From IMG/VR virus record IMGVR_UViG_3300037963_003836: DNA of 64,000 nucleotides, one strand, 5' to 3'. Source of the DNA: an uncultured virus (IMG/VR IMGVR_UViG_3300037963_003836). Lineage: Duplodnaviria > Heunggongvirae > Uroviricota > Caudoviricetes. Position numbers and translations under genes: made by a program. How positions within the stretch are numbered: the first letter of the stretch is position 1; each line of letters begins with the position of its first letter. The notes under the pieces are model-generated. The model was not told the origin of the DNA, did not search any database, and was given only the letters and a program-made list of their open reading frames with translations. Shown here in pieces: positions 23,811 to 34,618 of this stretch.

Positions 23811-25220
23811 TTACACATAGATATAAATCTCATTTGATTCTATTCTTATATTGCCAGGATGGTCTGCTAATGCTGTTGCTGCGTTAGCTTCAGTTCCTTC
23901 ATATACACCAGCTAAATAATAACCTGTTGTACCTGCTGCGAAGTCATCTGAGTTAGACGCTGCTTTATCAGTTACCTGTACTGCTAAACGACCATCGTTA
24001 GAATTGTAAGAATTATCTAAAATAAGTGCGTGACCTGAGTTAGCGGTTGTGTTAGAACCACCAAATATAATACCTGAGTCTCCTGATGTTGAACCTGAGT
24101 TTAATAAGATATATTGGTCTTCTACATTTAAGTTAGCTACTTGTAATTCAGTTCTTGAACCTTCAACAGTTAAATCACCTGCTACAACCAAGTTGTTAAA
24201 GTTAACATTAGAGTTTGTTTTTACATTTTGGTCCATTCCACCTAAGTAACCCCATTGAGCTGCTGAGATTGTTGTTGTACCGATGTTCTCTAATTGTGCA
24301 CCTTCTGCTGCAGTTAAGTTACTGATTTCAGTTACTTGTGATGCTGCTACAGTTTTACTTGAGATATCAACTTGTGCTGAAGAAGATATAATTCCTGCAC
24401 CTAATGCTCTAATTCCTGCTGCGTCAGTTACATCTGCACCATCTTCAACATTAAGTAATGTTAATACATTTGCTTTACTTAATGCACTTGGTGCTGCTGC
24501 ACCACCTGACACATTACCTAAAATTGTATCGTCTGCAATATTTGCTATTTTTGCTAATGTAATACCACTATCTTTAACTCTTAGTGCGTCTGAACTGATT
24601 TCAATAGTTGAGTCATCTACGTTTACATCTAATTCTTCATTTGTGTTATCTGCAACTAAACCTGCACCTGCCATAACATCAACATCAATATCAAGTGTTA
24701 TTTCTCTGTCACTTGAATCATTCAATGTAAATGTACCACCCGTTTTTAAACCATCACCTGCGGTTATTGTGATTGTTGAATCATTAACACCAGCTAAACC
24801 TGATACCTGTGCTGATGACGATACAATTCCTGCACCTAATGCTGCGATTCCCGCTGCGTCAGTTACATCTGCTCCGTCTTCAACGTTAAGAATTGTTAAA
24901 ACTTGTGTTTTGGTTAATGCTTGAGGTACACCTGTTCCTGCACCATTTGCTCTACCTTGTATTCTATCTGCGGCCATATTAGCCTGTTTTGCTAACGTAG
25001 TACCACCGTCTTTTAGACTAACGGTCTTCGCTGCTGCACCATCATATGTGGTACCTGAGTCCAGCTGAATAGTTGAATTATCAACTGTCAAACTGTTCCC
25101 AACCTGTGTTGCCGTCCCTGTTACGTTACCAACTAAATTTCCTTTGAACCCTGCTGATGCGGATACATTAAGAAGGTCGGCACTTGAACCCGAGACAATG
25201 ACTTTTTTCCATGTTGCCAT
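23811..25220 (-). CDS. Virion fibre protein with internal duplication
   Basis: MATWKKVIVSGS start; two copies of KD.G.TLAK...LNVEDGADVTDAAGI.ALGAGI.SSSAQV; AGGAG RBS. Confidence 0.7.
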   Translation of the reverse strand: MATWKKVIVSGSSADLLNVSASAGFKGNLVGNVTGTATQVGNSLTVDNSTIQLDSGTTYDGAAAKTVSLKDGGTTLAKQANMAADRIQGRANGAGTGVPQALTKTQVLTILNVEDGADVTDAAGIAALGAGIVSSSAQVSGLAGVNDSTITITAGDGLKTGGTFTLNDSSDREITLDIDVDVMAGAGLVADNTNEELDVNVDDSTIEISSDALRVKDSGITLAKIANIADDTILGNVSGGAAAPSALSKANVLTLLNVEDGADVTDAAGIRALGAGIISSSAQVDISSKTVAASQVTEISNLTAAEGAQLENIGTTTISAAQWGYLGGMDQNVKTNSNVNFNNLVVAGDLTVEGSRTELQVANLNVEDQYILLNSGSTSGDSGIIFGGSNTTANSGHALILDNSYNSNDGRLAVQVTDKAASNSDDFAAGTTGYYLAGVYEGTEANAATALADHPGNIRIESNEIYIYV

Positions 25221-25323
25221 TTTTTTCTCCTATTAATTTATTATTTTAAACAACTTATGGTACACAACAATGTACCGTCCAAAACCAATTTCTTACATAA
25301 TATAAATATGTAATTATATTTTA

Positions 25324-26406
25324 TTAACTACTTCCTAACCCAAAGTAAAAGTTTGATGCTGAATAAAATATTGCACCCTCTTCATAAGTTGGAGTAGTTG
25401 TAAATTCTTTTAATCTTAAAACACCGTCACCGACTCTAACCGAACCTGTTATATCTAAATTGTTCGTAGTTGATTTGAAAGAACCTGTAGTTGTAAATAT
25501 ACCACCTGTTCCACCACCACCGCCAGAACCTGTATCTGCGTTTAGTATGTAAATTACACCACCCATGTTTGCGTGAGCAGTACATTGATAATATAAAACT
25601 CTTGGTGAATCGAATTGTACGTCCCAAGTTAATGTTCCACTTGAAACATCATTGTTAGTTACACCATCATTATATGCAGAACCTGCTGAACCATTTGGAG
25701 TTGATTGAATCCTAAATGGATGTGCTCCCATATTATTGATGAATTTATATTTTTGACCTCTCATTAAATAAAGAGTTGGGTCATTTTCCGCTCCCGTCAA
25801 ACCGTGACCTGTAAATGTATAATGGTTAGAACCATCTGCACCTAATGTCCATTGTGCTGCGAACATTGCTCTATCTGATACAGAAGAACTTGCTACACTC
25901 ATAGAACTTGTCATACTGTTTGTAATCACAGAACCCGTGAAAGTATTTAATGATGTAATACTTGTATTTGCTGAACCCGTAAAATTATTTAATGATGTCA
26001 GTAGACCACTTACACCTGATATAAATGCTGCGTCTGATGTATCTAAGTTAAGTGTTACTGCACCTGATGCTCCACCACCACTTAAACCTGTTCCTGCTGT
26101 CACCGATGTAATATCACCGGCTCCACCACCACCACCTGAAATACCTAAGTTGGTAGTATGGAATGATGCTGAGTCATCTGAACCACCGTATCCTGGCGTA
26201 GAGAATGCGACAAACTTTCTTGTGACATATAATTGTTCAGTATGTTCTACCCAAACAATCTGTCCATCTCTAAGTCTATCGTGATAAATAGAACTCATGT
26301 CTGAAGCAGACGGTACAGTAATCCAACCACCTTGTACATATTGTACTGATGTGAATGAACCTGACGCTCCACTTCTTACATAAATATCACCTGCTGTTGT
26401 TGCCAT
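25324..26406 (-). CDS. Virion structural protein with cupredoxin-like (H...C..H..M) domain
   Basis: PTLYLMRGQKYKF, AHPFRIQ, LYYQCTAHANMGG; GDITSVTAGTGLSGGG fibre motif. Confidence 0.65.
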   Translation of the reverse strand: MATTAGDIYVRSGASGSFTSVQYVQGGWITVPSASDMSSIYHDRLRDGQIVWVEHTEQLYVTRKFVAFSTPGYGGSDDSASFHTTNLGISGGGGGAGDITSVTAGTGLSGGGASGAVTLNLDTSDAAFISGVSGLLTSLNNFTGSANTSITSLNTFTGSVITNSMTSSMSVASSSVSDRAMFAAQWTLGADGSNHYTFTGHGLTGAENDPTLYLMRGQKYKFINNMGAHPFRIQSTPNGSAGSAYNDGVTNNDVSSGTLTWDVQFDSPRVLYYQCTAHANMGGVIYILNADTGSGGGGGTGGIFTTTGSFKSTTNNLDITGSVRVGDGVLRLKEFTTTPTYEEGAIFYSASNFYFGLGSS

Positions 26407-26424
26407 CTATTTCTTTTCCTTTTC

Positions 26425-29400
26425 CTATGGTGCTGACGCTGAGTCAGGCATTAAATAATATCTTGAGTTATTTGTATTTTCACCTTCTGCAAATATCATA
26501 CCCCATCTTGAATATCCTTCAACTGCGTTCTCAGTGTCGAAGTAATATACACCTGTTCCAATTGTGCCAGGAATTGAGGCGTCTTTTGCATATACATAGT
26601 ATTCTTTTGCTGTTCCTGTTGAATCAGGTGGAACTCCATCATACATACTTGCTGGTTTCCCAAACTGATTTGATGCTGATGGGAATACTACTACTAATCT
26701 TTTTGAACCACCACTACTAAAGTTTATATATCCAAAACTTGATAGTCCTGTTGCATTACTATCTGATAATGTTGTTTTTGAACTACTTCCAAATAGTAAC
26801 ATTGTACCACCAACATAAGTTGGACTGAATGTTGTACCAAGTGAACCACTTTGTAGTTTTGCGATTACTGAACCTGCTTCGATTCCTACTCCATCACCAC
26901 CACTATCACCCATAGATGCGATTGCTGTTGCTTCTGTTGCTGCAGAACCACCGTCCCATCCATAAACATATGTTTTTGCTACAGGGTCAAGAAGTGTTAT
27001 TGTTCTTTTATATGATGTTGATTTATCAAAGTTATCATGTACTGATGCTGTATAACTATATGTTACACCTGAATTTATCGTACCTGTCGTTTTAATAACG
27101 TATGACGATGAATTTGCATTTTGTGGTACAAATTGTAAGTTTCCTGCGTTTGGTCCACTAAATGAAGCGGAGAACGGTGTATCTGATTCTGTATCAGATA
27201 TTGACATACTTACTAAACCTGTTCCACTTGCAATCGATGCTGTCATGTTTGCACCAATCTCACTAAATGTTGCTGTTGGAGCCTGATTTGCAACTACACT
27301 TACTGATATACTGTCTGAACCTATATTATTAAATTGGTCTTGATATGATATAGTTGATGTAATTGTATCACCACTACCTGTACTTGAACCACTTATATTT
27401 ACACCTATTGTTAGTTTACCATTACTGTTTACTGCGATGGCTGCGTTAGATGAAGTAAATGCTTGTACTGCTGCGGAATTATATTGAGGTGAGTAAGTAA
27501 CTCCTAAGTCACCTTGTGTTCCCGTTCTACCATCAGCGTTAATTTTTATATGTGCTCCACTTTCTGCACTCTCTATTATTCTAAATGTACCATTTGTAGT
27601 TAAAGTACCATTTGGTGCTGATGCGATTGTTACACTATGTTTAGTAGTACCTACTCTAAATCCATGAGTATCTTTTATAGATGCGGTCATTGGATAAGTG
27701 GAACCACTTAAATTATTTTTTGGTTGTACTAAGTAAGTATCGCCAGATTTATATGCGTTTAATTGACCACTTGGGTCTGTAAATGTAAATGAACCGTGAT
27801 TTAATGAATCACTCTCTGTATCTGTAAACGATATTGTTGAAATTGTACTACCACTTCTTGCACCATTTGTATTTAAGTTTGCAGATGTGTTACTGAAACT
27901 TGGAACAGGTGCGTTATTGATAACAACTGCGATATTTTGATTTACATATTGTTTAGTTGTTTCAAATCCATTTTCTGATGCAGTTAGTTCTACTGCGATT
28001 GTACTTCCACTTGAATATGCTGAACCACTTAGGTTACTTGCTAATTGTAAAGTTGCACTTGAACCTGTTGTAGATGATAATCCAATTAAATTACCTGTTG
28101 ATTTAACTTCCCATCTCTGAGATACTCCTGATGACCATAATGCACTTGTACCTGTTCTACCATTTGAACTAATTTTTATTTCATTACCACTTGTTGCGGA
28201 TTCTATGATATATAAATTATCCCAATTGTCAGTTATTGAAGTTGCTGAATCATCTGCGATATTAATTCTAATTAAACCTGTATCAGATGTTGAGTTAAAT
28301 GCGTCTTTTACTGTTACTTGATAAAAATATCTGTTCGCTACATCAGAATTTAGATAAACTCCATTCTTTCTTGTTACTGCACCTGCCGAACTACATTGGA
28401 ATGGGTCTTGATGTGGGTCATATAATGAGTTACCACCTAAAGATGATGTAATATTTGAACCACCATCTAAATTTGCTTCTTTTAGTGTAAAGTTACTAAA
28501 TGTTATTGTATCACCTGTTGGGTCTGTTGCAGTTATTGAACCTACACTTGCACCATCTGCACTATTTTCGTTAATACTTCCTAATGTTTGGTCATTTACA
28601 GTTGGACCAACGTTATCAACTACTGCTATTTGGAATGGTAAGTAAGTAATTGATTCAGTATCATCACCACTTCCATAATGTTCATCACTCGCTGTTAAAA
28701 CGAATTCATATTTTGGGGTAACTTCATAATCTAATGAAGAAGTTATCTGATTTAGTTGAACATATGTACTTGCTTTAGTAATTGAAAAACTTGAACTTAC
28801 AAATGCTGAACCACTTCCGATTGTTATAGTGTCACTTTCTGCGTCAGTAAAATAAACTCTAACTTTATTATTTGCTGCTACAGAATTTTCATTTAGTGAT
28901 TGTGTAAACGTTGTCACTATTGAACCACCTACTGATGTTTGTCTCCAAACAGGTGGAGTGTTAGGAGTTACCCGTATGTATAATGTTTTAGAACCAACAC
29001 CTGCGAATGTATCCACTGCTTCTATAGGGAATGGATGAGAACCACTACCTGGCGTATTATCAGTGTTCATTGATGCTGTTGATTTAGTATTTAGAGTTAT
29101 TTGTCCGTTACTTGCTATCTTAAAGAAGTCATCTGAGTAAGAACTTGCTTCTCTAAATGTAATACTTTGTCCTTCTGCGTCTGTTGCTGTCGCAGTTCCA
29201 ATTACAGAACCACTTGCTACGAATTCACCGATTGTAAATCCATTTGTTGTGATTGATGGTACTGTATTTGGGAAAAATACCTTTTCTATAAATTGTGTTA
29301 GGGAACCACTTGTTCCTGCGTTAGTATTGTAAACTCCCGCTGGTAGATTTGTGTTAGATATTACTCTGTTCCCGTCAAAAATTGAAAATCCTGTTGTAAA

Positions 29401-30720
29401 CGATGAAGTTGCTACAGACATTGAACTTGTTTGAGAAGTTTGTACATGACCTATCACAAATGATGCTGTATCTGCGTTTACTGCATGAGATGAAGACACT
29501 TCTGTGACTATCTCATGTGATGCTGATATTGCAAACAACGCGTATGATGCGGTTGCTACCGTCATAGACGAAGTTTGACTGTTTGAAATCGCAGAACCTG
29601 TAAATGTATTTAATGCTGTAATACTTGTATTAGCAGAACCTGTAAATGTATTTAATGCTGTTATGTCAGTTGAACCACCACCACCTGTTCCAAACCCAAA
29701 TGATGCTGCTGACTTTGAAACTTCTGTTGGGAAGTCAGTAATACTTGAAGTTGTGATTGGTAGTATCTGATTTGAAGATGATACTAACCCACTTGGAGTA
29801 CCACTAATACCACTAAAAGTAATTTGAGTAGAACCACTAACAGTTCCTGCTGGAACTGACGTTAAATATGACCCTAAGTCACTAATTTGTGATTCTGTTA
29901 TTGTTATTTGGTTTGATGCTGATATTAATCCACTTGGTAACTGTTCTGAACCACTAATGATTCCGTCTTTTAGTGAACCTGTGTTTACTGTTACCGTAAC
30001 TGCGTTACCATCATTAGTTGCTGTAACTGCGTTACCTACAAAATCAAAACTACGAACTATTTTACTTAATGGAGTTCCCTCATTTGATGCTGTTATGTTT
30101 AATCCGGCTCCACCACCACCGCCACCTGATAGTGACGATAAATCTACTGAATTTCCACCTGAAATACTTAATGCGTTTGTTCCATCATTAAAAGATAGTG
30201 TTTGCTCTGAACCTGTACTATCTGTTGTTGAAAAACCTAAGTCTGTAATTTGTTGTGAACTACTGATTGTTCCTGCTGGAGTTGAACCACCACTTCCAAA
30301 CCCTGCGGCTGCTGCACTTGCTGAAGTTAAATAACCCGCTCCTTCAATATTTGTAACTCTTGTAGAAAAACTACCACTTGCAGTTTGTAAAGCACTTACA
30401 TCTGACTGTAAATTATCTACGTTTCCTTCTTCAGTTGTTATTCTTGTCGCAAGAGATGAAGAAATCGGTGGAAAAGTTTCTTGTCTAAACGTAATATTTG
30501 CGGTTATGGAGTTTTTTTGGAACGCAGATATTGTAGTTGGTTTGTTTGTAATAGTATTATAGTTGATTTGTCCCGATGAGGACACTATTCCACTTGGTAA
30601 TTGAGCAGAAGATGATAAAATCCCACTTGGCAATTGTGCCGATGAGGATATCACTCCATTAGTTGATATTAAATTACCTGTGAACGAACCACTAAATGAA
30701 CCCGTGTAGTCAAATGACAT
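26425..30720 (-). CDS. Large virion fibre/adhesin with tandem cadherin/Ig-like domains
   Basis: Repeats such as INENSADGASVGSITATDPTGDTITF, LDYE...YEFVLTASD and D.ESD; Ser/Thr-rich N-terminal ISSS.Q repeats. Confidence 0.75.
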   Translation of the reverse strand: MSFDYTGSFSGSFTGNLISTNGVISSSAQLPSGILSSSAQLPSGIVSSSGQINYNTITNKPTTISAFQKNSITANITFRQETFPPISSSLATRITTEEGNVDNLQSDVSALQTASGSFSTRVTNIEGAGYLTSASAAAAGFGSGGSTPAGTISSSQQITDLGFSTTDSTGSEQTLSFNDGTNALSISGGNSVDLSSLSGGGGGGAGLNITASNEGTPLSKIVRSFDFVGNAVTATNDGNAVTVTVNTGSLKDGIISGSEQLPSGLISASNQITITESQISDLGSYLTSVPAGTVSGSTQITFSGISGTPSGLVSSSNQILPITTSSITDFPTEVSKSAASFGFGTGGGGSTDITALNTFTGSANTSITALNTFTGSAISNSQTSSMTVATASYALFAISASHEIVTEVSSSHAVNADTASFVIGHVQTSQTSSMSVATSSFTTGFSIFDGNRVISNTNLPAGVYNTNAGTSGSLTQFIEKVFFPNTVPSITTNGFTIGEFVASGSVIGTATATDAEGQSITFREASSYSDDFFKIASNGQITLNTKSTASMNTDNTPGSGSHPFPIEAVDTFAGVGSKTLYIRVTPNTPPVWRQTSVGGSIVTTFTQSLNENSVAANNKVRVYFTDAESDTITIGSGSAFVSSSFSITKASTYVQLNQITSSLDYEVTPKYEFVLTASDEHYGSGDDTESITYLPFQIAVVDNVGPTVNDQTLGSINENSADGASVGSITATDPTGDTITFSNFTLKEANLDGGSNITSSLGGNSLYDPHQDPFQCSSAGAVTRKNGVYLNSDVANRYFYQVTVKDAFNSTSDTGLIRINIADDSATSITDNWDNLYIIESATSGNEIKISSNGRTGTSALWSSGVSQRWEVKSTGNLIGLSSTTGSSATLQLASNLSGSAYSSGSTIAVELTASENGFETTKQYVNQNIAVVINNAPVPSFSNTSANLNTNGARSGSTISTISFTDTESDSLNHGSFTFTDPSGQLNAYKSGDTYLVQPKNNLSGSTYPMTASIKDTHGFRVGTTKHSVTIASAPNGTLTTNGTFRIIESAESGAHIKINADGRTGTQGDLGVTYSPQYNSAAVQAFTSSNAAIAVNSNGKLTIGVNISGSSTGSGDTITSTISYQDQFNNIGSDSISVSVVANQAPTATFSEIGANMTASIASGTGLVSMSISDTESDTPFSASFSGPNAGNLQFVPQNANSSSYVIKTTGTINSGVTYSYTASVHDNFDKSTSYKRTITLLDPVAKTYVYGWDGGSAATEATAIASMGDSGGDGVGIEAGSVIAKLQSGSLGTTFSPTYVGGTMLLFGSSSKTTLSDSNATGLSSFGYINFSSGGSKRLVVVFPSASNQFGKPASMYDGVPPDSTGTAKEYYVYAKDASIPGTIGTGVYYFDTENAVEGYSRWGMIFAEGENTNNSRYYLMPDSASAP

Positions 30721-30779
30721 CTATTTCTCCAATAATTAACGTTTACGTTATATAAATATTGATTTATTTTTCTAAATCG

Positions 30780-31442
30780 TTATTCGAATGAAAATAACAG
30801 TCTAAGAACCTCATCTAAGGACTCGTGTCTGTGGTTATCTTTCAAATTTACACTATAAACAAACTCAGAGTCTTTTAGTTTATGAACCTCATGAACTGCT
30901 GAGTCGTTTGCGAACTTTAAATCAATCTGTTGTGGGTCGCCACACAACATCATCCGTGAGTTTTTACCTAAACGACCCAACACCATCGCTAACTGTTGTT
31001 TAGTTAAATTCTGAAACTCATCTACTATAACTATTGAAGAATCAAAAGTTCTCCCTCTAAAATGTGATAAAGATACTAATTCTACATCTTCATTTTTTTC
31101 CATCTTTTCTAAAATCATAGGTTTATTATAGACTTTTCTCATGTTAGAACGAATTGGAACTAACCAAGGTTCCATTTTTTCGTCTAATGAGCCAGGAAGG
31201 AATCCGTTATCTTCATTTGATATAGTTGGTCGTGTAATTACGATTTTATTTACTTCTCTTTTAAAAAAACAATCCAATGCAATCTGTACTGCTAATAGTG
31301 TTTTACCACTACCTGCTTTTCCTAATATAAAATTGAATGGATGATTTCTAATTTCTGCTTTTGCGAGTTTCTGTTCTTCAGAAAGAGTGATGTTGTATTT
31401 AACTGCACCCTTTGGTACTCGTTTAGTTGTATTTTCTGGCAT
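30780..31442 (-). CDS. phoH: PhoH-family ATPase
   Basis: GKAGSGKT, ITRP, GFLPG, RGRTF, IVDEFQN, GDPQQID. Confidence 0.95.
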   Translation of the reverse strand: MPENTTKRVPKGAVKYNITLSEEQKLAKAEIRNHPFNFILGKAGSGKTLLAVQIALDCFFKREVNKIVITRPTISNEDNGFLPGSLDEKMEPWLVPIRSNMRKVYNKPMILEKMEKNEDVELVSLSHFRGRTFDSSIVIVDEFQNLTKQQLAMVLGRLGKNSRMMLCGDPQQIDLKFANDSAVHEVHKLKDSEFVYSVNLKDNHRHESLDEVLRLLFSFE

Positions 31443-31503
31443 GCACTATCCTTTTGTTGAATAATAACTTATGTAACTCTTTACTATAAGTAGTATAGGG
31501 CAT

Positions 31504-31531
31504 AAAAAAAGGGTGACCGAAGTCACCCTTA
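31504..31531 (-). terminator. Rho-independent terminator with cUUCGg tetraloop after the capsid gene
   Basis: Minus strand AAGGGTGAC-TTCG-GTCACCCTTTTTT. Confidence 0.9.
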
Positions 31532-31558
31532 ATTTAATGAGAATTAAATAATTAAATA

Positions 31559-33217
31559 TTATCCAATTACTTCAAGTCCATGTACAAGAACCTTACCGTA
31601 GAACTCACCTCTCACCATTTGCTTAGCGTAACGAGTCATTACACCTTTTCTTGGAGTGAAGTTAGTTGGGTCATATACAAGAGGAGTCATGATTAATGGA
31701 ATGTATGGAGCGTAAACAGCACCTGTTTCCAAGAATTGTGAACCTTTGAATCCTAATAGGATTACGTTCTCTTTCATATATGGGTTTTTGTATACTTGGT
31801 ATCTATTTGCAAAAGAACCTACTTGGCTTACACCAAATGCGAATTGCGATTGCTCACCTGTACCATTTCCGTGGAAGCCAGGGATAGATTCAAGAATAGT
31901 TGCTACATCAGGAGAAACTACCATAAAGTTAGCTCCACCTCTCATAGTCTTCGCGTGGATTTGGTTAGAAACTCTCTGTAACTGAGTACCTAAAGTTTGG
32001 AACCATTGTTGTTGAGTATATCTCTCAACTGCTGCGTTAAGACCACTTGATGTAAATCCTGCACCATTCCAAGAATATCCGATTCTAGCTGACCAATAAC
32101 CTGTAGTTAATGCATTTTCCAATAACATATCTAAGATTTCTAAGTCGATTTCTTGAGAAATGTATTCAGATAACATTGAAGTCAATTCTGCTTCAGCGTC
32201 TACTGAGTGGTATGCATTTAAGTCTTGTGCGAATTCAGGAGTCCATTGTGCTTTTAACTTTCTTGTTTTAGCAACAATCGGCACACTTCTTAATTCAACA
32301 TTCAACTCAGGAATACCTAAGTCTGCACCTACACCACCATTAGCTGCGAAGTTAGACTGTTCGAAGTCACCTCTTGTAATGTCAGTTGGTTGTTTGTGAT
32401 ACTTGATTACTACTTTATCTACTGCTGTTGCAGCTGCTACTTTTCTTACGATAGCCGTAATGTTTGCACCTGATAATTTAGTAAATGCTGGGTAATGCTC
32501 TGCAATACCTGAACCTGATACTTCAAATCCTCTTACACCTTCTTTATCGAATCCTGCGATTGATGAAGTTAATGCAGATACTTTAACGATTAGGTCACCG
32601 TTTCCAGCTGCTGCAATTGATGCTGAGAATGAAGAATCATAATCATATTCAGTTCCAGCTGTATTTAAGTTAACTGATGCTGAAGTAAATTTAGTTGCGT
32701 CAGATAATGCTGCAGCGATATCTAATGCGCTAGATGCTGTATCATTAATTGAGTAACCAAATCTTCCTGCACCGTAAAGACCTTCACTTGCCTCACTTGC
32801 AGTTTCAGTGATACCGAATACTGAGTCAGTTTGTGAATCTTTACCTGCGCCAGTTTCAAATCCTGGCTGTGATGTACCATACTTGAAGTCCAAGTAGAAT
32901 ACAAGACCTGAAGGTAAGTTCATTGGTTGAACACTAACGAATTCTTTTGCAGCGATTTCACTGAAAATCCTTCTTACCAATGGTAGAGCTACACCTGCCC
33001 ACTCTTCAGAGTTTGCTGATGTACCTGTAGAAGATGCTTCTTTTACAAGTTCTCTTGCTTGGTTTTCTAATAGTGTTGCGATTGAACTTCTTTCAAAGTC
33101 AGACTCGATACCTTCTAAAAGGCCAGTCTTTTCCCACTTTGTTACTAAGTTTTTTGCCTCTTTGGACATTACTTTATTGTAACCAGCGGATTCATTAAGT
33201 AAACTTTGTGTGTTCAT
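31559..33217 (-). CDS. Major capsid protein (T4 gp23-like)
   Basis: LLENQ, PLVRR, VQPMNLPSGLVF, KTRKLKAQWTPEFAQDLNAYH, YAPYIPL, FTPRKGVMTRYA. Confidence 0.97.
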   Translation of the reverse strand: MNTQSLLNESAGYNKVMSKEAKNLVTKWEKTGLLEGIESDFERSSIATLLENQARELVKEASSTGTSANSEEWAGVALPLVRRIFSEIAAKEFVSVQPMNLPSGLVFYLDFKYGTSQPGFETGAGKDSQTDSVFGITETASEASEGLYGAGRFGYSINDTASSALDIAAALSDATKFTSASVNLNTAGTEYDYDSSFSASIAAAGNGDLIVKVSALTSSIAGFDKEGVRGFEVSGSGIAEHYPAFTKLSGANITAIVRKVAAATAVDKVVIKYHKQPTDITRGDFEQSNFAANGGVGADLGIPELNVELRSVPIVAKTRKLKAQWTPEFAQDLNAYHSVDAEAELTSMLSEYISQEIDLEILDMLLENALTTGYWSARIGYSWNGAGFTSSGLNAAVERYTQQQWFQTLGTQLQRVSNQIHAKTMRGGANFMVVSPDVATILESIPGFHGNGTGEQSQFAFGVSQVGSFANRYQVYKNPYMKENVILLGFKGSQFLETGAVYAPYIPLIMTPLVYDPTNFTPRKGVMTRYAKQMVRGEFYGKVLVHGLEVIG

Positions 33218-33239
33218 CTTATTTTCCTTCTATTTTAGA

Positions 33240-34463
33240 TTATTTTATTAAACCTGCTAACTTCTTAAATCTGTTAGCAACATCGTTACCTTCTGAGATT
33301 ATTGATTTCTTAGGAGCTGAACTCTTAGTTGGTTTTGAAGCACTTCCTTCTTTAACCACAGTTTTCTTTTTTCTTGCAACGTTTAAGTTTTCACCTAATG
33401 TAGCAAATACAAGTTTAACTTCTCTTAAGTTTCCTGCTCTATCAAAGTTCTCGATAACTTTAACTTTTTGTGACTCGTTCAAGTCAAAAGTTCTGAATAA
33501 TTTATTAGTATAAAGTAATTTCGCGTTTAACAAGTTAACTTCGTTGATAGTGTTTCTTAAAGACTCGATAGTCTTGTAAGCTTCTTCCAACTCTTCTTCG
33601 TTCTTGCTTGGGTCCATTTCTTCATCCTTCATATCTTCTTCAGATACTTCTTCTTCTTCTGATACTTCTTCTTCTTCTTCAACCTTATCGTCTGCCATTT
33701 CTTTTAGAGTTTCAATGATTTCATCAATGTTTAACTCGTCATCGTTTTCAATGTCAGATGAATCGGATGCGTCATCAGATGGTTCAGCATTTTCGCCATC
33801 ACCAATATCAGATGAGTCTAATTCTTCTTTTACTTCTTCTTCCTCGTCAACTTCATTTTCATCAACGTCTTCTTCTTCAGTAAGTGAAGCTTCTAATTCA
33901 GCGATTACAGATTCTAAGTCAAGTTCATCTTCTTCGAGTTCATTTTCTTCTACGTTTTCGTCTGCAGGACCTTCTTCTTTTTCTTCTTCGTCATGCATTT
34001 CGTCTTCGTGAGAATCCATTTCATCGTCTACGATGTCTTTTACTTCTTCTTCCTCTTCTGAATCTAATTCTTCTTCTACTTCTTCCTCTTCAGATTTCAT
34101 TTCATCTTCTTCAGATTTCATTTCGTCTTCTTCAGATTTCATTTCGTCTTCTTCAGACTTCATTTCATCTTCTTCAGATTTCATTTCATCTTCTTCAGAT
34201 ACAGAATCTTCTTCTTCAGATTTCATATCTTCATTAGATTCTTCCTCTTCGTTATGATACGTTTCATACGTTTCATTTGAGTTTTCCTCTTCTTCAGATA
34301 CTTCCTCTTCTTCTTCTAATTCTTCTGCAATCTTATGAGATAACATTGATTGAAGTTTTGGAGTGAAGGCTTCTTCTAATGCCATCTTTGCGTTCGCTAA
34401 TGCAGTTTCTTTTACTGCTTTTGCGTCAGCGATAGCCTCTTTTAATAAATCAGATTTAGCCAT
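33240..34463 (-). CDS. Prohead core scaffolding protein (gp22-like)
   Basis: Very acidic; N-terminal LLKEAIADAKAVKETA; C-terminal RFKKLAGL; directly upstream of the capsid gene. Confidence 0.85.
   Translation of the reverse strand: MAKSDLLKEAIADAKAVKETALANAKMALEEAFTPKLQSMLSHKIAEELEEEEEVSEEEENSNETYETYHNEEEESNEDMKSEEEDSVSEEDEMKSEEDEMKSEEDEMKSEEDEMKSEEDEMKSEEEEVEEELDSEEEEEVKDIVDDEMDSHEDEMHDEEEKEEGPADENVEENELEEDELDLESVIAELEASLTEEEDVDENEVDEEEEVKEELDSSDIGDGENAEPSDDASDSSDIENDDELNIDEIIETLKEMADDKVEEEEEVSEEEEVSEEDMKDEEMDPSKNEEELEEAYKTIESLRNTINEVNLLNAKLLYTNKLFRTFDLNESQKVKVIENFDRAGNLREVKLVFATLGENLNVARKKKTVVKEGSASKPTKSSAPKKSIISEGNDVANRFKKLAGLIK
34085..34230 (-). repeat. 21-bp (SEEDEMK) coding tandem repeat in scaffold
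   Basis: Five consecutive SEEDEMK units plus degenerate flanks. Confidence 0.85.
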
Positions 34464-34618
34464 TACTGTTTCTCCTTAATTAAATTTTTGGATAGTAAGA
34501 TTATTTGGAATCTTAATAGTGATTTTACTATTATTTAGTGTGAACACACATTGAGGTGTGTTATTTAAGTCGGTAATAAATATGGTAGAACTTTCAAAAA
34601 CGATAAAGTGTTTACCAT

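Noticed and set aside
30780..31442. PhoH as a novelty
   Set aside because: Common in large aquatic phages
33604..34257. Poly-Ser ORFs on the plus strand
   Set aside because: Reverse complement of GAA-rich acidic scaffold codons
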